Assembly (NCBI RefSeq): GCF_018350175.1
Contig: NC_058376.1
Span: 96,720,001 to 96,784,000, forward strand
DNA length: 64,000 nt
From: Felis catus
Lineage: Eukaryota
Direction: 5' to 3'
Shown here: piece after piece, positions 13,276 through 25,217 of the stretch
Position numbering within the stretch: the first letter of the stretch is position 1
Layout of the letters: each line of letters opens with the position of its first letter
Notes under the pieces: generated by a model
Seen by the model: the letters and a program-made list of their open reading frames with translations, nothing else
What the model was told of the DNA's origin: nothing
Databases searched by the model: none
Made by a program: the position numbers and the translations under genes

Positions 13276-15196
13276 TTGTAGTTTCTTAATAAAACTTGAT
13301 ATCAGAGGATGTAAGTTCTCACACTTGACGGTTCTTTTGGTTGCTCGACATCCTTTGATTTTTCCATACATATTTAAAATCAGCTTATAAATTTCCAGCA
13401 AAGAAAAAAGTGCTACTGGGATTTCACTTGGGATTCTATTGTGTGAGTAGTTCAATTTGTGATAATTGATATCTTAATAATGTTCAGTCTTCTCATCCAT
13501 AAACATGTTACATATCTCCATTTTTGAAAGATCTTCCTTAATTTCTCTCAGGAATATTTTGTAGATTTCAGTATACATATTTTCATTATTTTGATCTAAT
13601 AAATCCCTAAACTTTCTGATTATTTGACAATATTATAAATGACATGATCTTTCCAATTTTCATCTCTAAATGTTTATTGTTTATAAAGTGTGATGTATTT
13701 TCATGTATTGACATTGATTCCTGCAACCCTGCTAAACTCACTTATTAGTTTTAATAACATTTTTGCAGATTCTGTAAGGTTGTCTACGTAGACTATTTCA
13801 AACGGTATACCTTTTTTCTTCTATTGCCTTACTGTGCTGGCTAGATTCTGCAATGCAATATTGAATAAAAGAAACACAGATGAAATATTTGCCTTATTTT
13901 CAGTATTTGTGTGATGAGAGCAATAGCTTTTTGATTTTACCCAGTTGAGGAAGTTTTCTTCTGTTCTCAGTTTCTTGAGAGTTTTTATCATAAATAACTC
14001 TTGAGTAGTATCCAACATAAAAATACTTTATCAAATATTTTTCTGCTAAATGAGTTGATCACATGGGTTTTCTTTTGTATTCTATAAATATGAGGTATCA
14101 CTTTGGCTGATTTTAAAATATGAAAACAACCTTGCCTTGTTTAATTAAAACTCACACGATCATAATGTATTATCTTTTGTATATATTCCTGGATTTTTTG
14201 GCTAAAATTTTGTTAGGATGTTTAGGAGGCTTATTGGCCTCTAATTTTCTTATATTGTCTTTGTTTTCTACCAGGTTGATATTGGCCATATAAAATGAGG
14301 TGAGAGGTATGTCCTCTTCTTCAATTTTCTGAAAAATTTTTGTAGAATTAGTAGTTTTGCTTATATTTCTGGTAGGATTTACCGGTAACATTATCTGATG
14401 TTGGGGTTTTATTTTGTTTTGTTTCCTTTTTGGAGGGAAGGTTTTTAACTATGTTTTCAATTACTTTAACAGATGTAGAGCTATTCAGGTTATCTGCTTC
14501 TTCTCCAATGATCGTTTGTTATTTGCATCTTAAGGAATTTCTTTATTTCATCAAAGTTCTAAAATTTGTTAGCACAAAGTTATTCATATTTTTTCATTAT
14601 TTTTGGAATGTCTGTAGAATCTATTATGATGTCTTCCCTGTCATTCCTGATATTGATGATTTGTGTATTCTCTTTTTTCTGATTAGTATGCCAAGAGGTT
14701 TGCCAATTTTATTTTTCTTTTCAAAGACATAAATTTTGGTTTTATTTATTTTCTCTATTCTTTTTTTCTGCTCTCAGTGAATTCCTCTCTTTTTCATCCC
14801 TCTATTCAGGCTTACTTTGTGCTGAATTTACTCTTCTGTATTTAGTTTCTTAAGGTGCAGGCTCAGATCATTATAGATCTTTCTTTGTTTCTATTGGAGA
14901 CATTTAGAACTGTAAATTTTCCTCTAAACAGTGCTTCATGTAAAATGAAATGGTAGTAGTATCCAAGTGTATAACACTACTAATTTTTTGTCCATTTCTT
15001 CTATGAATTACTCAGAAAGAGTGTTGAAATCCCCAATCATAGCAATAGATTTACTATTTATCCTGTCAGGTGTTTTTCCTCAGTTATTGCTTCATGTGTT
15101 TTTTTTTGAAGCTTTGTTATTAGGTGCATACACATTTAGATTTTTTTTTTTTTGTCCTCCTGATGAACTGATCCCTTTAGCAATAATCTTTATTCT

Positions 15197-15691
15197 TGTG
15201 AGAAGTTAGGGTGATGATTCATTTTCATAAATACCAAATAAAAAGCTAGGCAGTCTAGTTAACAGTAGGTTTACAAGCCCCGCAATGGAGTCCCAAATCC
15301 TTAGAGGCTTTGTCTCCTAGTTCTGCTTCCCCTCTCCATTTCACGAGGTTATTTTCATAGGCTTTGCAATGAGCATGTGCCAAAGAACAAAGGGAGGAGG
15401 GACTGAAAGTCTCTGTCACCTCAGGGGAATGTGCATTTGTTCCAATCAGACTAATTTTTGCCTTATGTGGGAATCCGCGATGTCTGGGTAAGGCTGTGAC
15501 CTCTGTAGTACTCAGCCAATGAGGAACCAGGGGCGGGACTTGGACGCTAGGAGATAAATTGTCTGCTATAACTGCTCAGAGTGTACCTGTCAGATACTAG
15601 CTCTTGCAAGTATGTTGATTAAAACCTCACTTCACATGCTCTGATTCTCTGAGTCTCTCCTTCCATTGGGTTGGCGGGCCTATTTCTCACG
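15197..15691 (+). mobile_element. Solo LTR, probably carnivore ERV1 class
   Basis: Inverted termini tgtgagaa...ttctcacg; 4-bp flanking repeat ttct; CCAAT 15516-15520, GC box 15530-15539, GATAAA 15553-15558, ATTAAA 15618-15623. The host L1 resumes after it. Confidence 0.8.
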
Positions 15692-15809
15692 TTCTGAGGT
15701 CTATTTTCTTTGATATTAGTATGATCACTTCAGATTTTTTTTTTAATTTGAGTTTTCATGGTCTATCTTTTCTCATCTTTTTTACTTTTAACATTGCTGT
15801 ATTTGTATT

Positions 15810-16333
15810 TTTGATGGTTAATTTTACGTGTCAACTTGATGGAACCACAGGGTGACCAGATATTTGGTTAAACATTAATCTCCGTGTGTCTGTAAGGGTG
15901 TTTCTGGATGAGACATTTGAATTGGTACATTGAGTAAAGCAGATTGTCCTCTGCAATACGGGGAAGGGGGACTCATTCAATCAATCGGAAATGTAAATAG
16001 AGTAAAAAGGAGAAGTAAGGAAGAATTCACCCTCTCTGCCTGTTTTTGAGTTCGGACATTGGTTTTCTCTTGCAGTTGAACAGGAAGCTGCACCATCAGT
16101 TTCGGTTCTCAGGGCTTCAGACTTGGATTGAAACCCTACTACTGTCTTTTCTGGTTATACAGCTTACAGAGGGCAGACTGAGACATCTTAGTCTCCATAA
16201 TCATGTGAGTCAACTCAATAAATATATAAATGTAAGGAGATTTTTTAATATATATGTATATATATAATATGTATTTGTCTATGCATGTATTTGTCCCATT
16301 GGTCTGTTTCCCTGTTGTCTCCTGATTAACACA
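15810..16333 (+). mobile_element. MLT2 (ERVL) solo LTR
   Basis: tgatggttaattttacgtgtcaacttga start, ccagatatttggttaaacatt, ctccataatcatgtgagtcaa, ends cctgattaacaca. Confidence 0.9.
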
Positions 16334-16455
16334 ATAAACTGAATTTCTTGTAGAAAGCATATAGTTAGGTCTTGCTTTTTAATGCAGTTTAAACCACTCT
16401 GTCCTTTTTTTTTCCCCTTTATTTTATTTTAATTTTTTTGGCAATGAATTTCCTG

Positions 16456-16630
16456 NNNNNNNNNNNNNNNNNNNNNNNNNNNNNNNNNNNNNNNNNNNNN
16501 NNNNNNNNNNNNNNNNNNNNNNNNNNNNNNNNNNNNNNNNNNNNNNNNNNNNNNNNNNNNNNNNNNNNNNNNNNNNNNNNNNNNNNNNNNNNNNNNNNNN
16601 NNNNNNNNNNNNNNNNNNNNNNNNNNNNNN
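16456..16630. other. Assembly gap
   Basis: N run. Confidence 1.
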
Positions 16631-16809
16631 GTTTCATTATCTTCTGGCTTGCATGGTTTCTGACAAAATGTCTGCTAATATTTCTGTATTTGTTCTTTAA
16701 TATACGCCGTATGCATTTTTTAACCACTTTTGAGACTTTATCACTGTTAGTAATTTGGTTACAATGTTACTTGGCATGCTTTTATTCATGTTTATTTTTT
16801 ATATTCTTT

Positions 16810-17028
16810 TTTTTTTCAACTTTTTTTTTTTTTATTTATTTTTGGGACAGAGAGAGACAGAGCATGAATGGGGGAGGGGCAGAGAGAGAGGGAGACACAG
16901 AATCGGAAACAGGCTCCAGGCTCTGAGCCATCAGCCCAGAGCCTGACGCGGGGCTCGAACTCACGGACCGCGAGATCGTGACCTGGGTGAAGTCGGATGC
17001 TTAACTGACTGCGCCACCCAGGCGCCCC
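16810..17028 (-). mobile_element. Young Can-SINE (SINEC_Fc)
   Basis: CpG-rich near-consensus body; TSD tattttttatattcttt at 16793-16809 and 17029-17045. Confidence 0.97.
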
Positions 17029-18454
17029 TATTTTTTATATTCTTTATACTTCTTGTATTGGTGCGCAGATTATTTGGATCAAATTTCAAAAAAAAAATTA
17101 GTATTATTTCTTCAAATATTTTTTCTCTTCCTTTCTTTCACCTCTTTCAGGATTCTATTACAAATTTATTACACTGCTTGATAATGTCTCAGAGGTCATT
17201 GATGCTTTCTTCATAGTTTTCAATCTTTTTTTCTGTGTTGCATTTTGGATAGTTTCAACTGATATGTCCTAATAGTTTCTACTACTCCAATGATTTCTTT
17301 TCAATGGTCTATTGCCATATTTTTTTCTGCAGTGACTAATATGCTGCCAATTTAAACCAAATCACTTTTCATTTAATGTTTATTTTTCATCTTCAGAAGT
17401 GGTCTTTTTCATATCTTTAATTTTTTTTTCATCATACTCATGTGTTTTTCTACCACCATGAACATATGGAGCGTATTTATAACTATTTCAAGATGCTTTC
17501 CTGGTAATTCCCTTATCTCTGTCATTTCTAGGACTATTTCTAATGATTGATTTTCTCCTGGTTAGAAGTGATATCGTGCTGCTTATTTGCATATCTAGTA
17601 ATTTTTTTAATGGATGCCAGATGCTGTGAACTTTCTATTGTTGCTAGCTGGATTATATTGTATTCCTTTAAATAGTGTTGGATTTCGTTTTGGTGTACTG
17701 TTAAGTCACTTGGAATCAGTTGGATCATTCTGAGATGTACTTTTAGATTTTGCTATTGTGGAAGAAGAGGAGCTTTTGTTCTGGGGCTAATTCAGACCCA
17801 TGACCAATATGTGGCCTTTCTGGGGATTCCACCTTATTATTGTAATATAATGTCTTTCCATTCCGGCTGGGAGCAATGCAAACTACTCTCAGGCTGGTGT
17901 GAGCATCAGGAATTGTTCTCCCTGGTTTTTCTGGTGGCTCTTTCTCTGAGCTTAGATCGTTTTCTCCCAACCTGCACTGATTAGTACTCAGCCAAAAACT
18001 GAAGGTAACCTCTGCAGATCCTTGGAGCTCTCTCTGTGTAGCTACCAGAAGCTCCCTCCTTTCTGGGATTCCACCCTTAAATACTAGCTGCCTTGGCCTT
18101 CCAGAACTGTTTTCTCTGTTTCCTCAACTCAGAGAGACCATAAGGTCCTTCTGGATTTTCCCTCCCTGATTTGCATGCAGCCTGGAAACTGCCTCCAGGC
18201 ATCAGGCTGTCTGAGGGCATGGTTCACTTTGTTTCCCTTTTCTCAGAGATTATGGTCCTGTGGTTGTGCTGCCTTTCAATGTCTGAATACATATGTGTAT
18301 ATATATATATTTTCCTATTTTCTCACTTGTTTAAAATGGGAGGGTAAATTTGGGTTTGTTGTTCCATTTTGGCTACAAGGATAAGTCAATGTACATTTTT
18401 TTGTGATAGAAAATTAAAATTTTGAAAACAGATACTCATCTACAAAATGAAGGA

Positions 18455-18610
18455 ATGTATAGGCAAGTTGCTTAACTGATCAAAACCTTAATTTCCTTGC
18501 ACATAGGGAATTAATAACAATGCTTCCCTACTTGAGGAGTGGATTGGAATTAGGATCCAATGTGACAGAGGAAGTTCTTTGTAAACTATAAAGCTCTATG
18601 CAAATGACAA
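18455..18610 (+). mobile_element. MIR fragment
   Basis: ggcaagttgcttaac core and ctttgtaaactataaagctctatgcaaatg 3' end. Confidence 0.6.
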
Positions 18611-18749
18611 TGTCAAGGCTGTGGTAGGGAAGGGGTGATAGGGATGGTGATGATTGCTTCAGTTCCATAACAATTCAAGTAATAAAACTATGTTTTAAGA
18701 AGATTTCATTTCAAAAAAATCCTGTGAATAATAATAACAGCACATACTC

Positions 18750-19140
18750 TGGGTCTTGTATGTAAGCAAACATGCTTTTCCAAGCTGGTTTTAAGCAAAG
18801 AGAGAATGTATTTGCTCATTAACTATGAAGGCCAAGGTGGTGGGCCAAGCCCAGCTAAATACAGAGTTCCAATGCTGTCAATGTTGTCTCTCTCTCTTTA
18901 TGTCTCTGGCTCTCTTGCCTCTGCTCTGCTTCCTTCTCAGACTTTCTCCAGGTGGCAGCAAGATGGTTGTTGACAATTCCACCTCATATTCCAACAGCTT
19001 GGCAAACTGAGTAGACAGAATGAGTCTTTCAACAATTGTTCTGGCAGAAAATTTCTGAATCTGATTTGGGTGATTTTCCCATTTCTGAACCAATTGTTGT
19101 CACCAGGAAAAAATGATATTTTAATTGGCCAGGTCTCTGA
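18750..19140 (-). mobile_element. MaLR LTR (MLT1J/K-like)
   Basis: caagctggttttaagcaaagagagaatgtatttgctcat, ggtggcagcaagatgg and ttctgaaccaatt...attggccagg. Confidence 0.7.
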
Positions 19141-19584
19141 AATCAGGGACATTTTATTAGATACCAAGGATTCAAAGCTCAATAAGATATGATCTTTGAT
19201 CTCTCAGTTAGCAAAGTATTTACAGGGCACAATGAATTACAAAGGAAGGTATGGTTAGTTCTACTCAGTAATCAGAGAGAAGACCACAGTATGTTTCCTA
19301 TGTTTGGGTACTTTTTTCATATCTTTGCTTATGCTGTACTACTTTGCTTCATGGATTACTAAGAAAACAGGCAACACACAAGGACACTTTGACAAAAGAA
19401 TCTTTACAGCCACAGAAAAATACAAAATCACTACGCTCCATAAACTACATGACTAGAAGGGAAAAGTAAAAGTAGCATTGACCCATCTCTGTCTTCACTC
19501 TTCAGATACAGTATACTTAAATAATGTGGTTTTTTTAATACTCCCTGATGTTATTTTTGTTTGTGCTATATCTCGCACACGACA

Positions 19585-19712
19585 CAGTCAACTACTTGAA
19601 AGCAGAAATAGACTGTGTTTTATTTATCTTTACATTCCCCTCAGTCTTGACAGAGTGCCTTACCCATATTAGGAGCTGAGTGAATTATTTGTTGAATGTA
19701 TGAATGAGTGGA
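19585..19712 (+). mobile_element. L2 3' end
   Basis: cttgaaagcagaaatagactgtg...acagagtgccttacccatattagg...ttgttgaatgtatgaatga. Confidence 0.7.
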
Positions 19713-19719
19713 TAGCTAG

Positions 19720-19925
19720 TTATATATGGTATGTGAGGTATCCTTCTAAGTGCTTTACCTATATTTACTCATGGTATCTTCCCAGCAATCCTGTGAAGTA
19801 GATTCTACTTATTCCTCATTCTACAAATGAGGAAAGTAATACCCAGAGAGGCTGTTACCTACCAAAGAGCCTGTAGGTAAGAACTGGATGGCAAACCCAG
19901 GCAACCTGGTTTTAGACTGCTCTAG
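19720..19925 (-). mobile_element. MIR SINE
   Basis: ctaagtgctttac...cagcaatcctgtgaagtag...cattctacaaatgaggaaa. Confidence 0.75.
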
Positions 19926-20639
19926 CTGCTGTCTTAGTTTTGAAAAACAAACTTATTGAAATACTTCATTAACGAATAGGAGACAGAAAGAAAACACGAA
20001 TGTTGTACATTTTAACAGCAACAGCAACTGGTCACCTACGACGGAAACAGAAAGATTACACTTAGCATAGAATTTGTCAAAGCATGAAGGTGTTATCCAT
20101 TAACTGGATGAGTCAAATGATGCAAGGGAAAACCTTCAACCGTGAGTGAAAGCAGTCATCTGAGTGGCTGTTAGTATTGTCTGAGGGCTGAGAAATGACT
20201 CCCTTTTGTTCTTAGGTAGACATGCAGAAACAAACAAAACGAAGCGACAGTTTGTTTCACCTCTTGGTGATGCAAAGAAACCACATTGTGAGTTCGGTAG
20301 ACAGCAAATTATTTGACTCGCACAATAAAGTTTAATAAACCTGGCTGTTGTAGAGGAAACTCAAGACTTTAACAATAGCAACGAGAACAACAGCAGCAAC
20401 AGCAGGTAAGCACAGGACCGACCGCCGTTACAGCAATCTAGACTCTCGCAACTGTGGATGGAGCGATTCTGACTGTTTACCTCTTTGATCTGTGATGATC
20501 ACTTTTACCTTTACTCTTTGAATAACTTGGCTCAAATCTAGTCAGTAGTCGTGGATGGCTCCAGGAAAAATTGTCATTTGAATAGTTTCTTGGTGCTACC
20601 TCTTTAAACTCTTTTTCTTTGAGTATTGCCTTAGTATAC

Positions 20640-21210
20640 TCTTGTCTCTAAGTAACTTTAGTATAAACAGTAATAAAATAATTTTAATCACATTAGAAGA
20701 AGTTTAGAGGTAGGGCAATTTTCTGAGTTGCCAATTAGCTCACAATGTTATCAGATCTAGTTTTTTTTTTTTTTTTAATCTACTGTAGGCACTTTATTTT
20801 TTTTCAAATTTTTATTAAATTCTAGTTTGTGAACATATAGTGTAACGCTGGTTTCAGGAATAGAATTTAGTGATTCATTACTTACTACAACACCCAGGGC
20901 TCATCACAAATGCTGTCCTTAATACCCATCACCTATCTAGCCCATCTCCCACCCAACTCCTTCCAGCAACCCTCAGTTTGTTTTCTATGGTTAAGAGTTT
21001 CTTATGGTTTGCTTCCCTTTCTTCCCCCCCTTCTCCTATGTTCATCTTTGTTTGTTTGTTTGTTTTTATCTCTTTGTTCAGATAGTCACATGTTAGTTAG
21101 CTTCTCAGGCTGATTCTCCTCTTGGTCACAGAATGGCTGCCAGTTAGCAACTGCCATCCTTATTCATGCAGAATGGTTGAAAGAGTCTGGCTGTCTGTGA
21201 CAACATCTTG
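20640..21210 (-). mobile_element. Old MaLR (MLT1) LTR split by an L1 insertion
   Basis: agaagtttagaggtagggca before the L1; ctcttggtcacagaatggctgccag after it. Confidence 0.45.
20790..21050 (-). mobile_element. Carnivore L1 3' end, 5'-truncated
   Basis: gtttcaggaatagaatttagtgattcattact...acacccagggctcatcac...caaccctcagtttgtt. Confidence 0.9.
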
Positions 21211-21566
21211 AGAAATTGAAAGAATGTATTATATGGAAATAAATTACTACAGGCCACAAAGTCCTTGATTCAATAATGAGCACAATTACAGTTAAATCCA
21301 TGAACCATAATTGCAAAGCTACTTAACTAAAAACTTTAGTGAAGAAGCTGCTGACACAAGATTTTAGAAAATGAAAAGCACTGGACCAGGCATTAGTCTT
21401 TTCCTCTGGAGATAGGGGCAGGCAGAGCTCATGCTGGGAAAACTATACATAACTGCTGCCGTAACATTTGCATTTTACATATAGTTCATCTGTGTAGAGT
21501 CATAAAAACATTTTGGTCTACTTGTGAATGAGTGGAGTTTTCCTGTGATATTCAAGGTTTACTTTA

Positions 21567-21801
21567 TTTTTTTATTTTATTTTTTTTAATTTTTTTTTCA
21601 ACTTTTATTTATTTTTGGGACAGAGAGAGAGAGAGCATGAACGGGGGAGGGGCAGAGAGAGAGGGAGACACAGAATCGGAAGCAGGCTCCAGGCTCTGAG
21701 GCATCAGCCCAGAGCCCGACGCGGGGCTCGAACTCACAGACCACGAGATCGTGACCTGGCTGAAGTCGGATGCTTAACCGACTGCGCCACTCAGGCGCCC
21801 C
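21567..21801 (-). mobile_element. Young Can-SINE (SINEC_Fc)
   Basis: Perfect 15-bp TSD tcaaggtttacttta at 21552-21566 and 21802-21816. Confidence 0.97.
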
Positions 21802-23039
21802 TCAAGGTTTACTTTAAAGCAATCTTCTAAATAGTGATTTGAGTCTTCGAGACATTATTTAGAATGTTGTTCAGTTTGCTGTAGAGAATTGTGTTTGTTT
21901 TTTTCACATCATAAACACTTTGTTATTTGAGATTAACTTCGCTCACCAGTCTGGTGTCACATAAATGATGACCACACAGCCCCTAGGGACAAATCAGTAG
22001 GTGAGGGTTGAACATTTTCTTATTGAGTCAGGAACATATTTTGAAAGCATTTCTCCTCACGTAATGGAATGCATAACCAGCAATTAAAATAAGTGACTCT
22101 TACAGATTTGTTTAAAAACACAATGCAAGGTCTTGTTTTTTCCATACCTAGAAAACTTCAGCACATCTCTTGTCACGTAGCTTTACCTATACACACACGT
22201 GCGCATATGCTCCACACAGTTGTATCGGATGAGGTAAAAAGCTGTTATGTTTTACCTATCTGCTGTTATTTTGGTTTCCAAAATCTTGAATTAAATGAGA
22301 TTGCTTTTACCTCTCAGAGCCATGTTAAATGTTAGAGATCGTACAAGAAATGATGGTTGCTACATTCAGGGACATTACCATCTATTTCAGAAATAGGTGA
22401 GCAATTGATAAAATTGTAAAACTGTGAATAACCAATCCCACATTCTGTGCTAGAGATTTCAAGTGCCACAGGGAACACTCCAATAAAGGAGTTGTGCCCA
22501 ATGCAATCTAGTGTCTCATTGTCTCTGACACTGTCTCTGGTCCACAAAGCTCAGTAAAGGCCCAAAATGCAAATAACTAATCATGGGTATTTGGCATTAG
22601 CACCTGGATTCACAAATAAGTAAAGGGACTTTTAAAATTGAATGCTGTATGTTCAACTAGGCTAATGTAAAATAACAGTGATTAGATTAAAATCCAAACA
22701 GTGGAAACAGACATTCTGTCAACTCATTCTGAAGATATTACTGTTCATCGGGCAGAATTGTGGGTTTTATAAAATAAATATTATAAAATATACAAACCTA
22801 AATATAAACTAAACACAAAAATTGATATTCCATATTCTTTATAATTTTGATTCTATATCAGTTTATGTCTGTGATGTCTTTTTTTTTAGGAAAAAAAAGA
22901 AAAAGATTATACTTTTAGGAGGGAAAAATCCTTTAGCTAAGAGAGTCATATACAAGACTGTCAATCAATGGTGTCGGTTGCTATTGAAGATCAATAAGAA
23001 ACAGAACACATAGTCCTTGCTCTCGAAAGTTTATAATCT

Positions 23040-23254
23040 GGGGCGCCTGGGTGGCTCAGTCGGTTGAGCGTCCGGCTTCAGCTCAGGTCACGATCTCGTG
23101 GTCCATGAGTTCGAGCCCCGTGTCGGGCTCTGTGCTGATGGCTCAGAGCCTGGAGCCTGTTTCGGATTCTTTGTCTCCCTCTCTCTCTGCCCCTCCCCTG
23201 TTTATGCTCTGTCTCTGTCTCAAAAATAAACGTTAAAAAAAAAAATTTAAAAAA
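23040..23254 (+). mobile_element. Can-SINE (SINEC_Fc type), inserted in an L2 remnant
   Basis: ggggcgcctgggtggctcagtcggtt start; perfect TSD aaagtttataatct at 23026-23039 and 23255-23268. Confidence 0.97.
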
Positions 23255-24859
23255 AAAGTTTATAATCTAATGAGGGAGAAAACAATGAGGCATGTGAACT
23301 CAGAGGAGAGCAGTAAAACAGCAAATCATACCTTCCTGTGAAAAATTTTATTAATTCCAACATGTTTTTTTTGTTGTTGTTTTAATCTGAAGTAATTCTG
23401 CCATGATTTGCTTTACTTGCCTAATTATAGACATAGGCTACACCAAGGTCAAGATACACGTTCAGGACACAAGATCAGGATAGGATACACCAAGATCCTG
23501 ATCAAGATCAGGACATTCTTGAACCTGGGGAGTATTTAATTTAATAGTTATTTTCTAATATTTCTTTCCTCTCCTGAGTTTAAAAATTAATCCACACCTA
23601 GCAGTTAGGGAAACTTTAGAAGTCTTTCTATTGAAACTTCAGAGGAAATTCTTTAGAATATTTTATATGTACTTGGCTTTCAGGATCCTCTTGGCTCAAT
23701 CCTTGCTCCTACTGTGAACAAAGGTCAAATATAACTACTGTAAACTTTTCATTAGGGCTCATCCTTTGACATTTTAAGTGTTTCTGTGAAGAGGTCTTGA
23801 AAGGCCTCAAAGATTAGATATCCTAGACCCTGCTACAGTCCCCCCAAAACTTTGAGTTGGCTTAAAAAGTAAAGGGAAGGAGAAAAGGAGAAATAAGGGA
23901 AGTAGACAAGCAGGAATAGGACGAGTGCTTTTAGAGGGGAAAAGGCCTGTTTTTGTTTTGTTTCATTTTAAGACGAGGGTAGGAGACAAAAAGCCATTGG
24001 CTCTCCTGATGGCGGTGAAAATGGCGAACGCCTGGCTCTTCCTCCTGTGCTCTAACCACCACACCGCCATGTCCTGCTTAGTTTTCAGAAATGCATTTTA
24101 TTGATCCTACACTTGTTTGATATACAAAATGAATTTAATAAACTTGGGACACATATAAAAATAAAACATGATTTATCAGTCAAAAGAATTTCCTGACCAA
24201 GGGCACACTGCATTACCTTAGGAATACACCCCAAACCACAGCATTTCTCTAATGCTGCCTTTTAAAAATTCCTGACCTCCCACCACTTCTGTTCTCACAG
24301 ATTTTTCCTGTTTTAGCAGTACTCTCATCCCATCAAACGGCTTCAGCGGTGTTATTTATTTGGGTAAAAATAACAGGAGTGGAGATGAGGGACTCATCAA
24401 TTCCAACTTAGACAGAAAAATGACTGAAATTATCTGGTTGTGGAGTCACTTTCTTTTTCACTTCATAAAACGTCCCAAACATTCATCACATATCAACTTT
24501 CTGAGTGCATTTCAACATGACCGTGTGTTTGTCAGTTCAAATACTTTGCACAGCCCTGTCTGTCTGAAGCAGCTGATGGCGCCTTCGGTTTCACTCCTGG
24601 TCTTAAAGCTCTCGCACAAGAAGCAGGGCTTCCCCACAAGTTCCTGACCCATCTCCGGCTGCCCATTCCTCTGTTCTTCAGGTCAGGGCCCTGGGAAAGT
24701 TGCTGCTCTGGGGGAAAGGAACCGGGGCCCAGGTGCCTGGTGATAGGTATTGGGTACACTGGAAATGTACTTCCAGACTGGTCTGAGAGCACCTTTGAAG
24801 GGGAAAATCTGAACCAGACAGGTAACTGGACAGAATGGGAAAAGCACTGGTCTGGGAGT

Positions 24860-25015
24860 GACCTCAGTGATCTGAGCAATTACTTAGCATCTCTGACTCT
24901 CAATCTTCTCCCCTTATGAAAAGCAGCAACACAATGAGAGCCCACAGTCCTCAATTCCCATCCTGTTTACCTCACTGATATATTATGGTGATCAAATTTC
25001 ATTGTGTATAGCAAA
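24860..25015 (+). mobile_element. MIR fragment
   Basis: gtgatctgagcaattacttagcatctctgactctca core. Confidence 0.5.
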
Positions 25016-25022
25016 ATCTTTT

Positions 25023-25217
25023 TATTTTTTATTTTTTAATGTTTATTTATTTTTGAGAGTGGGGGTGGGGGGAGGAGCAGAGAGAGAGAATCCCAATCAG
25101 GTTCTGAGATGTCAGCAAAAAGCCTGCCTTGGGGCTTGATCTCAGGAACCATTTAATCATGATGTGAGTTGAAATCAAAAGTCTTATGCTTAACTGACTG
25201 AACCGCCCAGCATGCCT
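25023..25217 (-). mobile_element. Can-SINE (older)
   Basis: Diverged body; flanking repeat caaaatctttt. Confidence 0.9.

Larger units (their letters stand above)
11435..18390 (-). mobile_element. Long ancient L1 (L1MB/ME-like), 3' UTR through 5' region, internally deleted and interrupted by 3 SINEs and 2 LTRs
   Basis: 3' end agctttgttgaggcataatttccatgcaataaaactcacc; antisense ORF2 motifs (gttgaggaagttttcttct, gttgaaatccccaatcat); T-rich 5' region to about 18.4 kb. May be more than one element. Confidence 0.75.

Noticed and set aside
16419-16946. Long ORFs of 102-176 aa here and at 38751, 44949, 50324, 55875-56300 and 57085
   Set aside because: Their length comes from reading through N-gaps and SINEs
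21615-23236. Recurrent peptides such as MAQSVERPASAQV and GRGRERGRHRIG, and SINE heads as possible tRNA genes
   Set aside because: These are translations of Can-SINEs. The heads are tRNA-derived but are not tRNA genes.
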